NCBI RefSeq assembly: GCF_021869535.1
Contig: NW_026262701.1
Span: forward strand, 16,554,001 to 16,618,000
From: Mytilus californianus
Taxonomy: Eukaryota
Reading direction: 5' to 3'
DNA: 64,000 nt
Positions 47,997-60,569 of this stretch are shown here, in pieces. Both the position numbers and the translations under genes were made by a program. The stretch's first letter is position 1. Each line of letters begins with the position of its first letter. Below the pieces are notes generated by a model. It ran no database searches and was not told the origin of the DNA. It was given only the letters and a program-made list of their open reading frames with translations.

Positions 47997-48522
47997 AGCA
48001 CATAATATTAACCAAAGGTCCTTTTAAGGACCAACCATATCTTTCAAAAAGAAGTTTGAAATTGTTGTCTAAATCAATAAAATAATTAAATAAATAAATA
48101 GACCTTAAAAGATAAATAATATAAATAATACCAATATTATTGTTTGCCATCTTCAAGTGTACCATGCAAGGTGGCAAAGGGTCTGGGTGCCCAAGACAAT
48201 GACCACACGAAATGCAGGTTTTTCTACTGTTGTTGAAGCCGTGTGGCTCTAACACAAGATGATCAGCATTTATACATTTTGTGTTGTGGCACAGGTGCGA
48301 GACATCAAAATTAGGTAGTTGAAAATTAAGATGCCTTATCATGAACGCAAGTCTGTGCACATGCATTTGTTTCCACCCGCCAGCATTGGGAAGCTTGCAA
48401 TTTATCACCCCATATTTTCTATTTGGTGTACAAGCCCCAGTCCAAATCAGACAATGTCCATTTTGGCCAGGGGCTGAATTTTCTGACAATTTTCTTGAAT
48501 ATTTTTGTATTATTCCCTCCAT
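47800..48522 (-). CDS. His-Me finger endonuclease, unit 3
   Basis: Translation identical to unit 2. Confidence 0.85.
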
Positions 48523-48802
48523 TAAACTTTAAAGAACTTTTTTTACATTTGTATGTGTAGTAATTTGCCCCAAAAAGAGAAAAATTATGAACCCCTGTTA
48601 GCAAAATAGTTTCAAAAGTGTCAACAAGTAAAAACATTTTAACCAGAAGGCCAAAAATTGGTTTTTTTTGCAATTTAAAATTTTTTGTTCATATTTTCTA
48701 TAAATAAACAATAAATTATCTTTAAATTTCAATTTTGAGGCAAATAGAGCAAATCAGGGGGCCACAAAGTCGATTTTTAGATAAAGTGGGTTCTGCCTCT
48801 TA

Positions 48803-49255
48803 GGTCCGAGTACACAGTTATTTTCCCCTATCTGTCTATTATAACATAATGATAAATAAAAAAAATCCCACCTGCGCTTTTCTAACAAGATTTGGTGTAC
48901 ATAAAGTTTGGCATTAACCACAAAACATATCAAAAAATTAGAAAACTTCATCGGCTCATTTTCTCTTGGCAACACAAAACACAAGGACACCAGTATGGGT
49001 TAAGCCAGAGAGCTTCCGAAAAGAGGAAATTACACCTATGTTTACCCAACCAAATCACTCATTTCTGCTCAAAATATCAAAAAGAAATTTTACAGAAATT
49101 ATCTTAGATGACTTTACATTCACATAAAAGCAAAAAAAGGGGAAAAAATTCAAAGGAAAGGCAAAAAAAAAAATTAAGAAAAAATATACTGAAATTAAAG
49201 GGAACTATATTTGTGGACAACGAAAATTGAGGGAAGATAACTGTGTACCCGGACC
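48803..49255 (+). repeat. LTDR 4 (453 bp), right end of the array
   Basis: Ends ...CCCGGACC, followed by the TSD CTAT. Confidence 0.95.
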
Positions 49256-52200
49256 CTATGCTGTGTCAAATATTTAATAACAATCCAAATTCAGAGCTGT
49301 ATCAAGCTTGAATGTTGTGTCCATACTTGCCCCAACTGTTCAGGGTTCGACCTCTGCGGTCGTATCAAGCTGCGCCCCAGCGAAGCATTTTATTCTATGT
49401 TGTTTCGCTCTTATTAAAATTCTGATCTTTATTAACTAGCATGCTCTTATATATAAGCTCAAATGAGGATAACGAAATCAGAGATCTATATTTTAATTAG
49501 ATTGATGTTGTTTACAAGTGTTTGTAAAATACATCGATGCTGTACAAAACGTTCTTTTTGTAGATAATCTTTAACTTCATGTCAATTGTAGGCCAATTTA
49601 TGTTCGATAAGTCATGTACATTACACTTGATATAAGTGTGTACGATGGAGTGATGAGCCTGCTGTTTCTAATTCTCATTTTGTTTTCATAACTTGTAACA
49701 GAAACCCTCCCCCTTTTTCACCGTTTGCAGTTTGTTTTTTTTATTTCTGTAAAGGAAATATATACTCAGACCTGCTAATTCAATCAATTCTGCGTTAATA
49801 TTCATCAGTTTTGGAACTAAGTACTATTTGATGTGCTTCCACGTTCATCAAAAGAGAATTGGATATTTACCCAGAAAATCATGACGAACACCTTCTATCA
49901 AAAGACGGAAAAAATAACAATTTTAGGGGGTAACTTATAAATGTTAATATCTAAAAAACATCTCTAAAGATCACTTAAATCGAACTTTATGTAAAAATTC
50001 CGATTTTGGAACTTTTAAAAGGTCAAGGTCACTGTTATTTAACAGCTCAATGAAAATTGTAAATGTGCACCTTTAAGTACAAATGTCAATCTCGAACCAT
50101 ATTTGGCAATAAAATTATCAAATTATTCCTAAATATAGAAACTATAGTTATAATCCTTTGAATTATTTGAATTTATTTTGTTATAAACACAAATATGTAG
50201 GGGTGGCCAGCTGTCTAAACGTGACTCTACGTTTTCCTTGAAATTTTAGATTTGACCTTTGACCCAAATTTAAGAAAATCGTGACCACTGTAGACAACGA
50301 CGACATCAATTTTTCGACGAGGCTTGTTCACCTCTTTCCAATGATATAAAATATAGCCGTGTGTTATTCCGTTAACCCAAATCGATTAAATTTGTTGACT
50401 GGGCACCCTACTAGTTACAACTCATGTATTTGCAGTTTGAACAGACGAGAATTCTTGAAAATCAATGAATTCATTTAATTTCTCATTTGTTGCGGACCTT
50501 ACATTTGTACATGTATATTGATTCTGTTAAATTTATTCATAACTTAACTATGATAAAAAATCAACATACAGATATTGTATGGAGACTTACTATTCTTGAA
50601 GACTGTATGATTTCCTCTAACTGTCAACATGGTCAATGCTCTTGTGTTAGTTGGGTCAGTTTCATATACTAGAAGAAAGGACAAAGACAAGCTGCGAAAA
50701 TAAATAATTGTTTTGACCTTCTCTTTGGGGTTATCTTAAACAGCTATTACAAGTATCATAAAGATGTGTTGGGCTACTCAAATTACGATCACAGGAAAAA
50801 TAACAACATAATTACGATAATTTTCGGCAACTGCCAAATGTAAACGACTATCAAAGTTTATTTTCCAGCTTGAGAGAGGTCCTCAATATGACATACTCAG
50901 AAGGAATCGTGATATCTTTGCGAATTAAAACAAAATATTGATCAAAGATGCTAAAACAAACTAAACCTAACAACAAACAAGTCAGAAATGATTATTTAGA
51001 TTACATATAAATCTTAAAAATAAAAATGGATCTTCACAAGGAATAAATGGTAATCAATCATATCATCTTGCATATCTATCTATGCTACTTATAACCATAG
51101 CAAATGACATAAACCTAAATCCAGGCCCAGACACAACAGTATTTCTATGCGGAACCTGTGACGAACCTGTTACATGGGAAGACAAAGGTATCATGTGTGA
51201 TACCTGTAACCAGTGGTACCATACCACCTGCCAGTCAGTCAGCTCTCGAACATACAACATCTTAGTAGAGGACAGTGCAATAGCTTGGGACTGCCTTATC
51301 TGTGACTGTCCTAATTACAGTTCAGTGTGCTTTGACATAGTATTATCCACCTCAAATTCATTTAGTATTCTATCTGATACATCTCTCCAGAGTCCACTCC
51401 CATCTGACTGTATCAAACCTATCCACGCATCAACACCAGACAGAAAGAAGCAGGATAAAAGACCAAAAAGCGTACCAATCAAGATGCTTACAGTAAATTT
51501 TCAGTCCATCAAATCAAAGCAAGGATTAGTTAAGAACTTGGTTGAAAGCACTAAACCAGATATTGTCCTAGGAACAGAAACCTGGATAGATTCTTCTGTA
51601 AAAGATAACCAGATTTTTCCACCAAATTACAACATCTACAGAAATGACCGCAACATGAAAGGAGGCGGGGTGCTAATAGCAATAAATCATGACCATCTAA
51701 GCACACCTGTACCCGAGTTACAAACAAATTGCGAGATTGTTTGGGCTAAAATCAGCTTAGCTGGTAGTAAAGACCTGTATCTTGCATCCTACTATAACCC
51801 CAAAACATCAAATGAAGAAAGCATTGAAGAACTTGGGCGAAGTCTTGAAAGAGTAAATGCTACAAAAAATGCCTTCATAGTAGTTGGTGGCGACTTCAAT
51901 CTCCCAGGCTGGAACTGGATAACAAGAACCCTGAAACCAGAATCAACATGTCAGAAAAACCACTACAAATTTGGCGACATTCTTGACGACAATGGACTTG
52001 TTCAACTAGTGGAGGAACCAACAAGAGGCCCTAACACGCTGGACCTAGTGATTACAAACAATCCAACACGCTTCACACGCACAAAAGTGATACCTGGGGT
52101 TTCAGACCACGACATCGTCTTCAGCGAAATAGACACCAAGCCCTTATCTAGGAAACAAAAACCTCGGAACATCCCCTTATACAGAAAGGCAAACTGGGAA

Positions 52201-54183
52201 ACCATCAAAGAGGAAATGATCCAAACACATGAAAAGATCAGAAACCTAGCTTCAAATGGAAGCTCAGCAGAGGAACTCTGGTTATTGTTCAAAACCAAGC
52301 TCAACCAAAGTGTAACAAACCATATCCCGCACAAGATAACAAAACAGAAAGATAGCCTCCCTTGGCTCACACCAAATGTACGTAAATTGATACGCCGCCG
52401 TGACAGACTATACAAAAGAAAGAAAAAGTCAGCGGATCCTCATATTACATCAAAATTCAAAGAAGTAAAGCAAAAAATACAGAAAGAACTACGTCGTGCA
52501 TATTGGAAATACATCGAAAATATAGTAACACCTAAAGCAATATGAAACGATTCTGGACATATATTAAACATATGAAGACTGATAGCAGCGGCGTGGCACC
52601 ACTACGTAGTGATGGAGTACTACACTCCCATCCTGTAGACCAAGCAACCATCCTGAATAAACAGTTTCAATCTGCATTCTCTTCAAAGGAAATATATAGT
52701 CCAGATGAATTCAAATCTCGTTGTAATATGCCAGGTCAATACACTTCTGCTGAAGATCTAATCATCACAGAAAATGGAGTACTGAAACTTCTATCAAAAA
52801 TAAATCCAAATAAAGCATCAGGACCAGACAATCTAAAACCAAGAATACTCAAAGAACTTGCAATCGAGATAGCCCCAATTCTAACTATCATCTTTACAAC
52901 ATCACTAAAAACTGGGAAAGTACCATCTGACTGGAAGAACGCCAACGTAAGCCCAGTCTTCAAGAAAGGAGAGAGATACAAGGCAGAGAATTATCGACCA
53001 ATATCTCTGACATGCATCTGCTGTAAACTCATGGAACACATAATAACTAGTCATATTATGAAACATGCAGATCTCCACAACATTCTATATCCATTACAGC
53101 ACGGATTTCGTAGCAAAAGATCATGCGAAACCCAGTTGATTGAATTTGTGGATGACATCACTAACAACATGAGCGCAGGAAAGCAAACAGATGTACTCAT
53201 TATGGACTTTTCGAAAGCCTTTGATAAGGTCAGTCACAGTCTCCTGATACATAAACTAGAACACTATGGTATACAAGGAAATGTCAACAAGTGGATCGCT
53301 AGCTTTCTGTCTAATCGAACCCAAGCAGTAGTCGTGGATGGAGAAAGCTCATCTCATATTGATGTAGAGTCAGGAGTACCCCAAGGCTAACGACATGCCC
53401 GATGGAATTAAATCTACAGTCCGACTATTTGCAGATGATACAATAGCTTACCTTACGATATCATCAGACAAAGATTCGCATGACTTACAACTAGATCTGG
53501 ACAAACTTGGAATATGGGAATCAAAATGGAAAATGTCATTCCACCCTGACAAATGCAATGTACTCACCATCAGCAGGAAAAACAACACAATTGCAACTTC
53601 ATACAGCCTACATGGTCATATTCTTGAGTCAGTCAGCAGTGCAAAATACCTAGGCTGCACATTTACATCCGAACTCAGATGGAATGATCACGTAAATAAC
53701 ATATGTAATAAGGCAAATCGAACAATTGGTTTCCTTAAAAGAAATTTAAATATAGGATCAACTACAGTGAAGGAGAATGCCTACAAAACATTGGTACGTC
53801 CAATTGTAGAATATGCCAGTCCAGTATGGGATCCATACCTTAAGATAGAGACTGACAGACTTGAGATGGTACAAAGAAGAGGAGCTCGCTACGTATCTAA
53901 CAAACATCATAACCACTCCAGCGTTAACATGATGCTACAACATCTCAAATGGACATCCCTGGAACAAAGAAGGAAAGAAGCGAGACTCACAATGCTCTAC
54001 AAAATAGAAAACAACAAAGTGGCCATGTCAAAGGAAGGTCGTCTAATACCACCAAAAAGACTGACACGAAACATGCATGATAAATCCTTCCAAGTACCAT
54101 CAGCATCCTGTGATTACCGCAAACACTCATTCTTCCCAAGAACCATCCGGGATTGGAACGCTCTTCCTCCTGGGGTCGTATCA

Positions 54184-57100
54184 CAGAGTTCGCGAAAATG
54201 GTCGGTCCTGTCGGTCCTGACCGCCAAAATGAGGCTCGGACCTGTATTTTGTACACTAACGGCGGTCCCGATGACCGATGCAAAAACGGCCGTTGCAGTG
54301 CATCGGTTATCAGATGTATTCGCGGTTAATTTTCGAGTTCGTTTTTTTTCATCGGTCATCAGATGTATCGGGGCTAATATCCGGTACTGGTTCCCTAATT
54401 TTATTATAAACAAACCAGTTACACATGTGGCCTATCAAATTTGTTAAAGGAGCTGTCCCTGGCAAACGATCGGCGCCAGATACTTCTGATGAAACAAAAC
54501 AAAATAAAAGAAAGCAGTATGAGGGGGAACGTAGACCAGACCGCTCATTTTCTGCTAGTTGGCTGGAGAAAAGGGAATGGCTAAACTACGACGCTGAAAA
54601 AAAAATCATGACCTGTTTGATATGCATTAAGTACCCACGCGCAGGCGGTTCCAAGTGTATTGAACACTTAAAAAACCGGAACTTATTCATCACAGGGTGT
54701 TCCAATTTTAGATTAAGTTCTATCTTAGACCATGAAAAGTCTAAAAGCCATCAAGACTCTATGGCAAAACAACGTGCATCATTACAACCTAAAAAGACCC
54801 CAGCATACAATTCCTTACTGTCTTTAAATCAACATAGAAGAAAGCAACTAGAATTGAAATTTAGAAACACATGCAATAGTGAAACACAACCGCCCTTTCT
54901 CAGATTATATATGGCTAAATGAATTGGACAAAAGTAAAGGCCTAGATACGGGTGACACTTATAACAATGATAAAGCTGCTGTAGTTTTCCTTCAATCCAT
55001 AGCTAATGTGACAAGAGAGAAGCTAGTTAAAATAGTGCAAAATATTAAGTTTTTTTCATTGACTATGGACGGAAGTACTGATGATTCATCTGTAGAACAA
55101 GAATCAATCTTTCTACGCTATTGTAACAAAGGGAAAGTTGAGCATAAATTTGTAACCATGGGTGAACCTGAAAGCACTTCGTCTAATGACCTATACAGTT
55201 TTGTTATTGAACAGTTGCATTCAAAAAACATTTTTAGTGAAATGAATAAATGTGTGGGCTTTGGCTCTGATGGGGCGTCAAACATGACAGGGGTAAGAAA
55301 TGGCCTGATAACTCAGCTAAAGAATGATTACCCGAACATTATAGGGATTCACTGCCTTGCTCATAGGCTAGAACTGTCATTTAAGGATGCAATAAAAAAA
55401 AACCATGCCACATATGACAAACTGGTTACCCTGCTCTTAGGACTTTATTACTTCTATAAGAGGAGCCCGCTTCAGAGGAAAGGATTAAAGAAAACTTTCA
55501 AGGTATGACAACATATTTTACAGTTTGTTACACAAAGCAAATTATATTTCAATGTTGCAATTTTTTTTGACATATGACTTTATGATATTAAGCTTTATAA
55601 ATGTACACTAGCTTTTTCTAGTTAAAATTGCCAAAAAGGTAAAGTACATTGTATATACTATAGTCTATATTAATTATAAAATAAAATTATGACAAAGTAA
55701 AAACATTCAAAAAAAGAAATGACTTAATGTACCAAACTATTTAAAACTAAACAAATAATTATAAATAAAATTTACTGTATTTCAAATTCTTTCCAGTTGT
55801 TAATGGTACAAGGTTGCCTACCAAAGTGTGTAGGGGGCTCGAGATGGATGCCACACATGAAGACAGCATTAGGGTCACTTTTTAAAAGTTACTCTGGGTA
55901 TATAACTCATCTGCAGAACCAATCCCACAATAATCCAAAAGCAGAGGGACTGGCGAAAATCTTAGCAAGCCTGAATGTTGTGGTGTTTGCCTTGATGTTA
56001 TATGTAAGCAGAATTTAATTTACCATGGCATTGTAATTTGTTATTTCAAGCTTGTAACTATTACTAACATGTCATGTCTGTCTCTGATTTTTAATGAACA
56101 GCAAGTAAATTTGGCAATAATCAATTCTAAGTAATTATACTATAGTATACATGTATTTAAGACGGAGAACATTACTGTTTTGATCAATGACGTTTAAAAT
56201 GAAACAACTAACTGCTTCAATCAACATGAACAAGTGTATTGCAGTGACTGATAGTCATGATAATACTGAAAAGAAATATTGTTTTTCATATTTATTTGAC
56301 TTATTTAATTTTTAGGAAGTGCTTGATCCTCTTTGTCGCCTCTCTCTGACGCTACAGGCAGATGAATTCACCTTAGGGGAAGCTATTCTGATGGTCTTGT
56401 CAACAAAGGATGCCTTAGCTCAACTACAGGGCCAGTATGTAATTTATGATTGTTTTCCCTTTTCTATATTTATTTTTGTCCAATTTCAGTTCAAAGCAAG
56501 ACATTTTATTTTTTATGAAATCAGTTGAGTTCAACATTGTATTTAAAAGCAGCATGTTCATGTTTGAAAACAATAATTGTGGCATGTATCCCATAGAAAG
56601 AGTAAATATAGTATAATATCAATTCATCTTTTTAAAGGAAATCTGATAAAATGGTAGAGGTGATCGAGAGTAAAAGATTCATGGGGTATACATTGACATC
56701 TAGGGGTTTTATTTCCGTTGATAACACCAAACTCATAGACAACATATTGACTGCAATAAATACCAGATTTAGTGATGTCCTGCAAGAAGATCTGGAGCCA
56801 ACAGTGATAAGCGCATTGAGACTCTGGCCTGCGGAGCTTACAGCAGGTATGCACATTCATATATGAAAAGCTCTTATTTGAAACCTTTTTGGGAAAATAA
56901 ATGTTGTTTATTGTTACATATTAACTTCCAAGGATTTATTTTTAGATGATTAAATTAATAACAAAGCAAAAGCATTATGAAATACATCTGTCATCACTGA
57001 TCAGTAGTAGTAGTACAGGAACTTTAAAGAATTAACAATTATAATTTATTTATATTGTGTGTTTTTTTTTATTTACAGAATATGACAGAAGGTAATAATA

Positions 57101-59095
57101 TCATATATTATAGGTGATGGCTATACTATTAGTAGACTAATAATTTCTCTGTATTCACATATGATATATTTATAAACATATAAATCAATCATCCCATGCA
57201 TTCTATCTTGACTTCACTGCTGAGTGCTCCATTAATAATACTACTAATACTATGCTTGCCACTGCAGTGCAGTGCTTACTGCTACTACCTAGCTTTTGTC
57301 TTTTAGTACTCTTTTTCCAACTGATGTCATTCATATTTTGTCTAATTGTATTTGACATTTCAATTTAAACCAGTATGTGATTTAAATCATGATTAAACAT
57401 GTTAAATAAATGCATCATTTCCAAAGCTATATTTTTGAGGCCTCTACAAGTAAATGAATTAATCAATTTATTAATAACTGTTTTCAGATTTTGGTGTAAC
57501 ACACATTGAAAAATTAGTCAAAAGGTTTGGAACTGTTCTGAGGTCAACTGGTGTTGATATTGAGGAATTACCAGGAGAATGGAGACACCTTCAACGACTT
57601 GTATACCGCAAGTATGTAGTATGTGTTAATGTATATATTGTTACATATATACTAGTAGTTGCTCTTGTTATCACATTTATTTTTCCATTGCATGACATGT
57701 GATTATGTCAGTACTAGATTTTTTGTTTGCATATATGTACATCTTAATTTGGTTATGTATAATATATTAATATTATACATTTGAGTATGAATCGGAAAGG
57801 TTTTTTCTAGTCAATCTCAAATGAAAAAAAGAATTCAAAGCTCAATTGACAATAATGAATATTGAATTTATTAATATTTTGTTTTTCAGGTTTACACACT
57901 GTGCTTTGAGTGAAGTATCTTTGGTACAGTTGAATGAGAGTTTTTCATCTATGGGTGTTAACAATGTTCTTCTGCTGTTGGACATGTTAAACAGTTTGCC
58001 CCCTACATCAGTTTACAATGAAACTGCATTTAATCAGATGAAGCTTCTAAAGACTGATAGAAGGCATAGATTGGGTGGATCTCGTCTCGATGACTGCATG
58101 ATGACTAAACTTGAGGCCCCTAGTGTACAGGAGTTTGACCCAAGTGATGCTATTGACAAATGGATGGTAATTTACTATTACAAAATATTTTGAATATTAA
58201 ATGGTTTGAAATAATATTCCAATAAATTGACAATCCCGCTCAAATTTCTTTCAGTCTGTAAAAATTTGATTCTTCTGAAATGAGATAAAAGGTCCTTGAA
58301 AATTAGTATTAAAACAAAATTGACTCAGTCTTAAGCTTTAGGTATTTAAAATTGTTATGAACAGTTTACAGTAGTAAATCCACTATTCCCTATTCCCTAA
58401 TGTGTTTTGAGCTTGGCATGAAATTGTGTGTTGAATTTGATTTTCTAGGGTTTTGAATACTGCTTTTGTTCTTATTTTCTAACACTGATAAAAATGTTTT
58501 TATTTCAGTCATGTGGACAAGGTTCAAGGAGAACACAGTACCAGAGGAAACTAAAATCAGCTGTGAAAGAGAATGCTAATAATAATTTAATTGCTGTGGA
58601 CAGTGACAATGAATCTATTCAGGATGATAATGAAAATATTGCTTTTAATGAAAATGACAATGTTGAAAATGTTGACATGGACCAAGAGCTTGCAGATAAG
58701 GAACCTGAACCTGAAAATGAGAATCAGGTCCAGGATGAACTAAATGAGGATGTTACTGTAGATCAGGAAACTCTGCTTCTTGAACCTGTTACTAATGAGA
58801 ACATTATTACTGTTCAAACAACTACTGATGAGAAAGATGATTCAGATGATGATGATGAAATGGAAACAGAAGATAACTTTGAATTTGAACAATCTGAAGA
58901 CCAGAACTGGTCATTCATTGTGAAATTTTCTTGTGAAGAATAAAATTGATAATTTTGATTAAAAATGTTATTTATTTTATTTCAGGAAAAATTGATAGAT
59001 TTTGTAGGACCAGCAAAAATTTTGTAGGACTGACAAATAATCTTGCTTAGTCAGTCCCATGACTGACAGGTCAAAAAAAGTTTTCGCGAACTCTG
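54184..59095 (+). mobile_element. hAT DNA transposon copy 2 (4912 bp, 6-bp TSD GTATCA)
   Basis: TIR CAGAGTTCGCGAAAA at both ends; GTATCA at 54178-54183 and 59096-59101. Confidence 0.95.
54425..58943 (+). pseudogene. Seven-exon hAT transposase with a frameshift in exon 1 (exons 54425-55502, 55797-56003, 56316-56434, 56638-56846, 57488-57611, 57890-58166, 58509-58943)
   Basis: All six introns are GT-AG with compatible phases (0,0,2,1,2,0). Motifs FSASWLEKREWL..MTCLIC, LTMDGSTD, FGSDGASNM, IHCLAHRLEL, GGSRW, LPPTSVYNETAFNQMK; acidic last exon. Confidence 0.85.
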
Positions 59096-60569
59096 GTATC
59101 AGCACCGTCAGTCGAGGCCTTTAAAGCCTCGATGACAAAGCTGAATTAAATTTTAAAATTTTGGGGGGAGGGGGGTGGTCTTATATGCGCACCAAACCAT
59201 GGCAGTATAATCAGTTTGTTGATTGTGGCCATTATCTGGCAGAAGCAGAAATCTTGCAATACACGCTGTTCGACCGGATATTTACTAACAGGCGCGTATA
59301 AATTTATAGTGGCGAGTAAGCAACATCTCACGATACACGAGAAGTGTTGATATACCGCGAGATTCCAATCCTTCTCACTATATACAAATCCTTGGTCATG
59401 TTTATGTTCAATCTGAACAGACTAAAGCATATAAACATGCTGAAGTAAACATTGTCATTTTATGCGTTTTTCTTCAGTATTCCATCTGAATGACATATCA
59501 ATGTGTTAACATTTGATGTCTATCTTGGTGCATTACATTTGCACACAAAAATCATTACGTTTGCGTGCAGCTTTTTATTACAGTTCGCGCATTCTTTTAC
59601 AGGTAAACTCATCTAAATACAGGTAGAATATATTTTTTTTACTATAATATATTTTTCTAACTATTTACAAGTCCGTCCCTTGTTTACCAACGAGGTGAAG
59701 GAAAAGGGATTTCAAGCAGGATAAGTTCGTTTTTTTATGCACAAGCACCAAGTTCTGGAAATATATACCGATCATATTATCGTATAGTCAGTCAAAATTG
59801 CTCCATCAGATACTCAGTGTTTCTTTCTTTCTCACTTCTACGAACAACTGCTGGTGTCTCAGGCCGCTCAATTTGATGTATGTGGTAGTTTTGAACTTTT
59901 AAAATAATGTCAAGATACACAAAATACATGGACAATCACTTAAGATATATTTTTTAAGAATTAATCTGATAAATATTTAAGTTGAAATTATAAATATGTT
60001 CAAAATTAATAACTATTGATGTATTTATTATAAATTATCTTTATAGTTACCTGTGTTACCTGTAAAATAAATGCGCTCAAATGTAAACAAAACCTGCGAC
60101 ACTGCGTGCAAACGTAAAAAATTTTAATCCCCCAAATGCACGCAAATGTAATGCGTCCGTCTATCTAGTTGATTGGGCCTTAATTTTTGCAGGAATTTAA
60201 TGATTAACTCTGTTCAGGACTCTGGAACAGCATGAACAGGTTGGGCACAAGTCAGGAAGTTAATAATTAATTGAAAAGAAAACTAATCAAAACAACAGTC
60301 ATAGATTGTTGAGAAAACTTCAAACAATTAACTTATGTATTCTTTCTGCTCATGTCTGCTTGATTATTTTTATCGATGTACAAAAAAAAAGTAATGAATG
60401 ATAAAATCCAAACCAAATTTTTTTCAAATAATTAAACATAGAAAGATCATTTATACATTTTTAAAATTATTTATATATATACAGTTTGAAACTTACTAGT
60501 ATTACTGTATAAATGAAGTTTGGAATTTACTGTTCATTATTAGACATTTTGTAGATAATTAAGTGTCCA

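Larger units (their letters stand above)
35335..49255 (+). mobile_element. KolobokP-like composite DNA transposon, tandem trimer (LTDR-INT)x3-LTDR, TSD CTAT
   Basis: Four 453-bp direct repeats, periods 4494/4487/4487 bp. CTAT at 35331-35334 and 49256-49259. Each internal region has a DDE transposase plus a convergent His-Me nuclease. Confidence 0.92.
32341..49391 (+). mobile_element. Helentron-type non-autonomous element (HINE) with an internal satellite; host of the KolobokP-like array
   Basis: 5' TTTTTATACGATCGCA plus (GTC)n-like tract; 3' TGCGGTCGTAT subterminal inverted motif, then hairpin-like AAGCTGCGCCCCAGCGAAGCA and TTTT at ~49350-49391. A paralogous 3' end lies at ~63540-63710. Confidence 0.65.
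51030..59149 (+). mobile_element. CR1/L2-group LINE (PHD-APE-RT), broken by two frame disruptions and by hAT copy 2
   Basis: ORF 51082-52545: NPGP, PHD finger (CGTC...CDTCNQWYH...C), APE (GTETW, GDFN, SDH). ORF 52542-53390: RT (YRPISLT, QHGF, DFSKAFD, GVPQG). ORF from 53395: LFADD...DWNALPPGVV, continuing after the hAT as SAPSVEAFKASMTKLN* (stop 59147-59149). 5' limit approximate. Confidence 0.88.

Noticed and set aside
35335-49255. LTR or DIRS retrotransposon
   Set aside because: No RT, gag, integrase or tyrosine recombinase, and no TG..CA termini; the direct repeats carry their own TIRs.
50198-50415. Possible small TIR element (TAGGGGTGGCCAG / CTGGGCACCCTA)
   Set aside because: The inverted match is short and imperfect, and no TSD was found.
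53395-54447. 350-aa ORF as a novel fusion protein
   Set aside because: It is the LINE RT C-terminus reading by chance into the hAT 5' end; the true LINE end is at 59096-59149.
26427-59095. One giant composite hAT transposon
   Set aside because: Each copy has its own distinct TSD and the outer flanks (CCCTTA vs GTATCA) do not match, so these are independent insertions.
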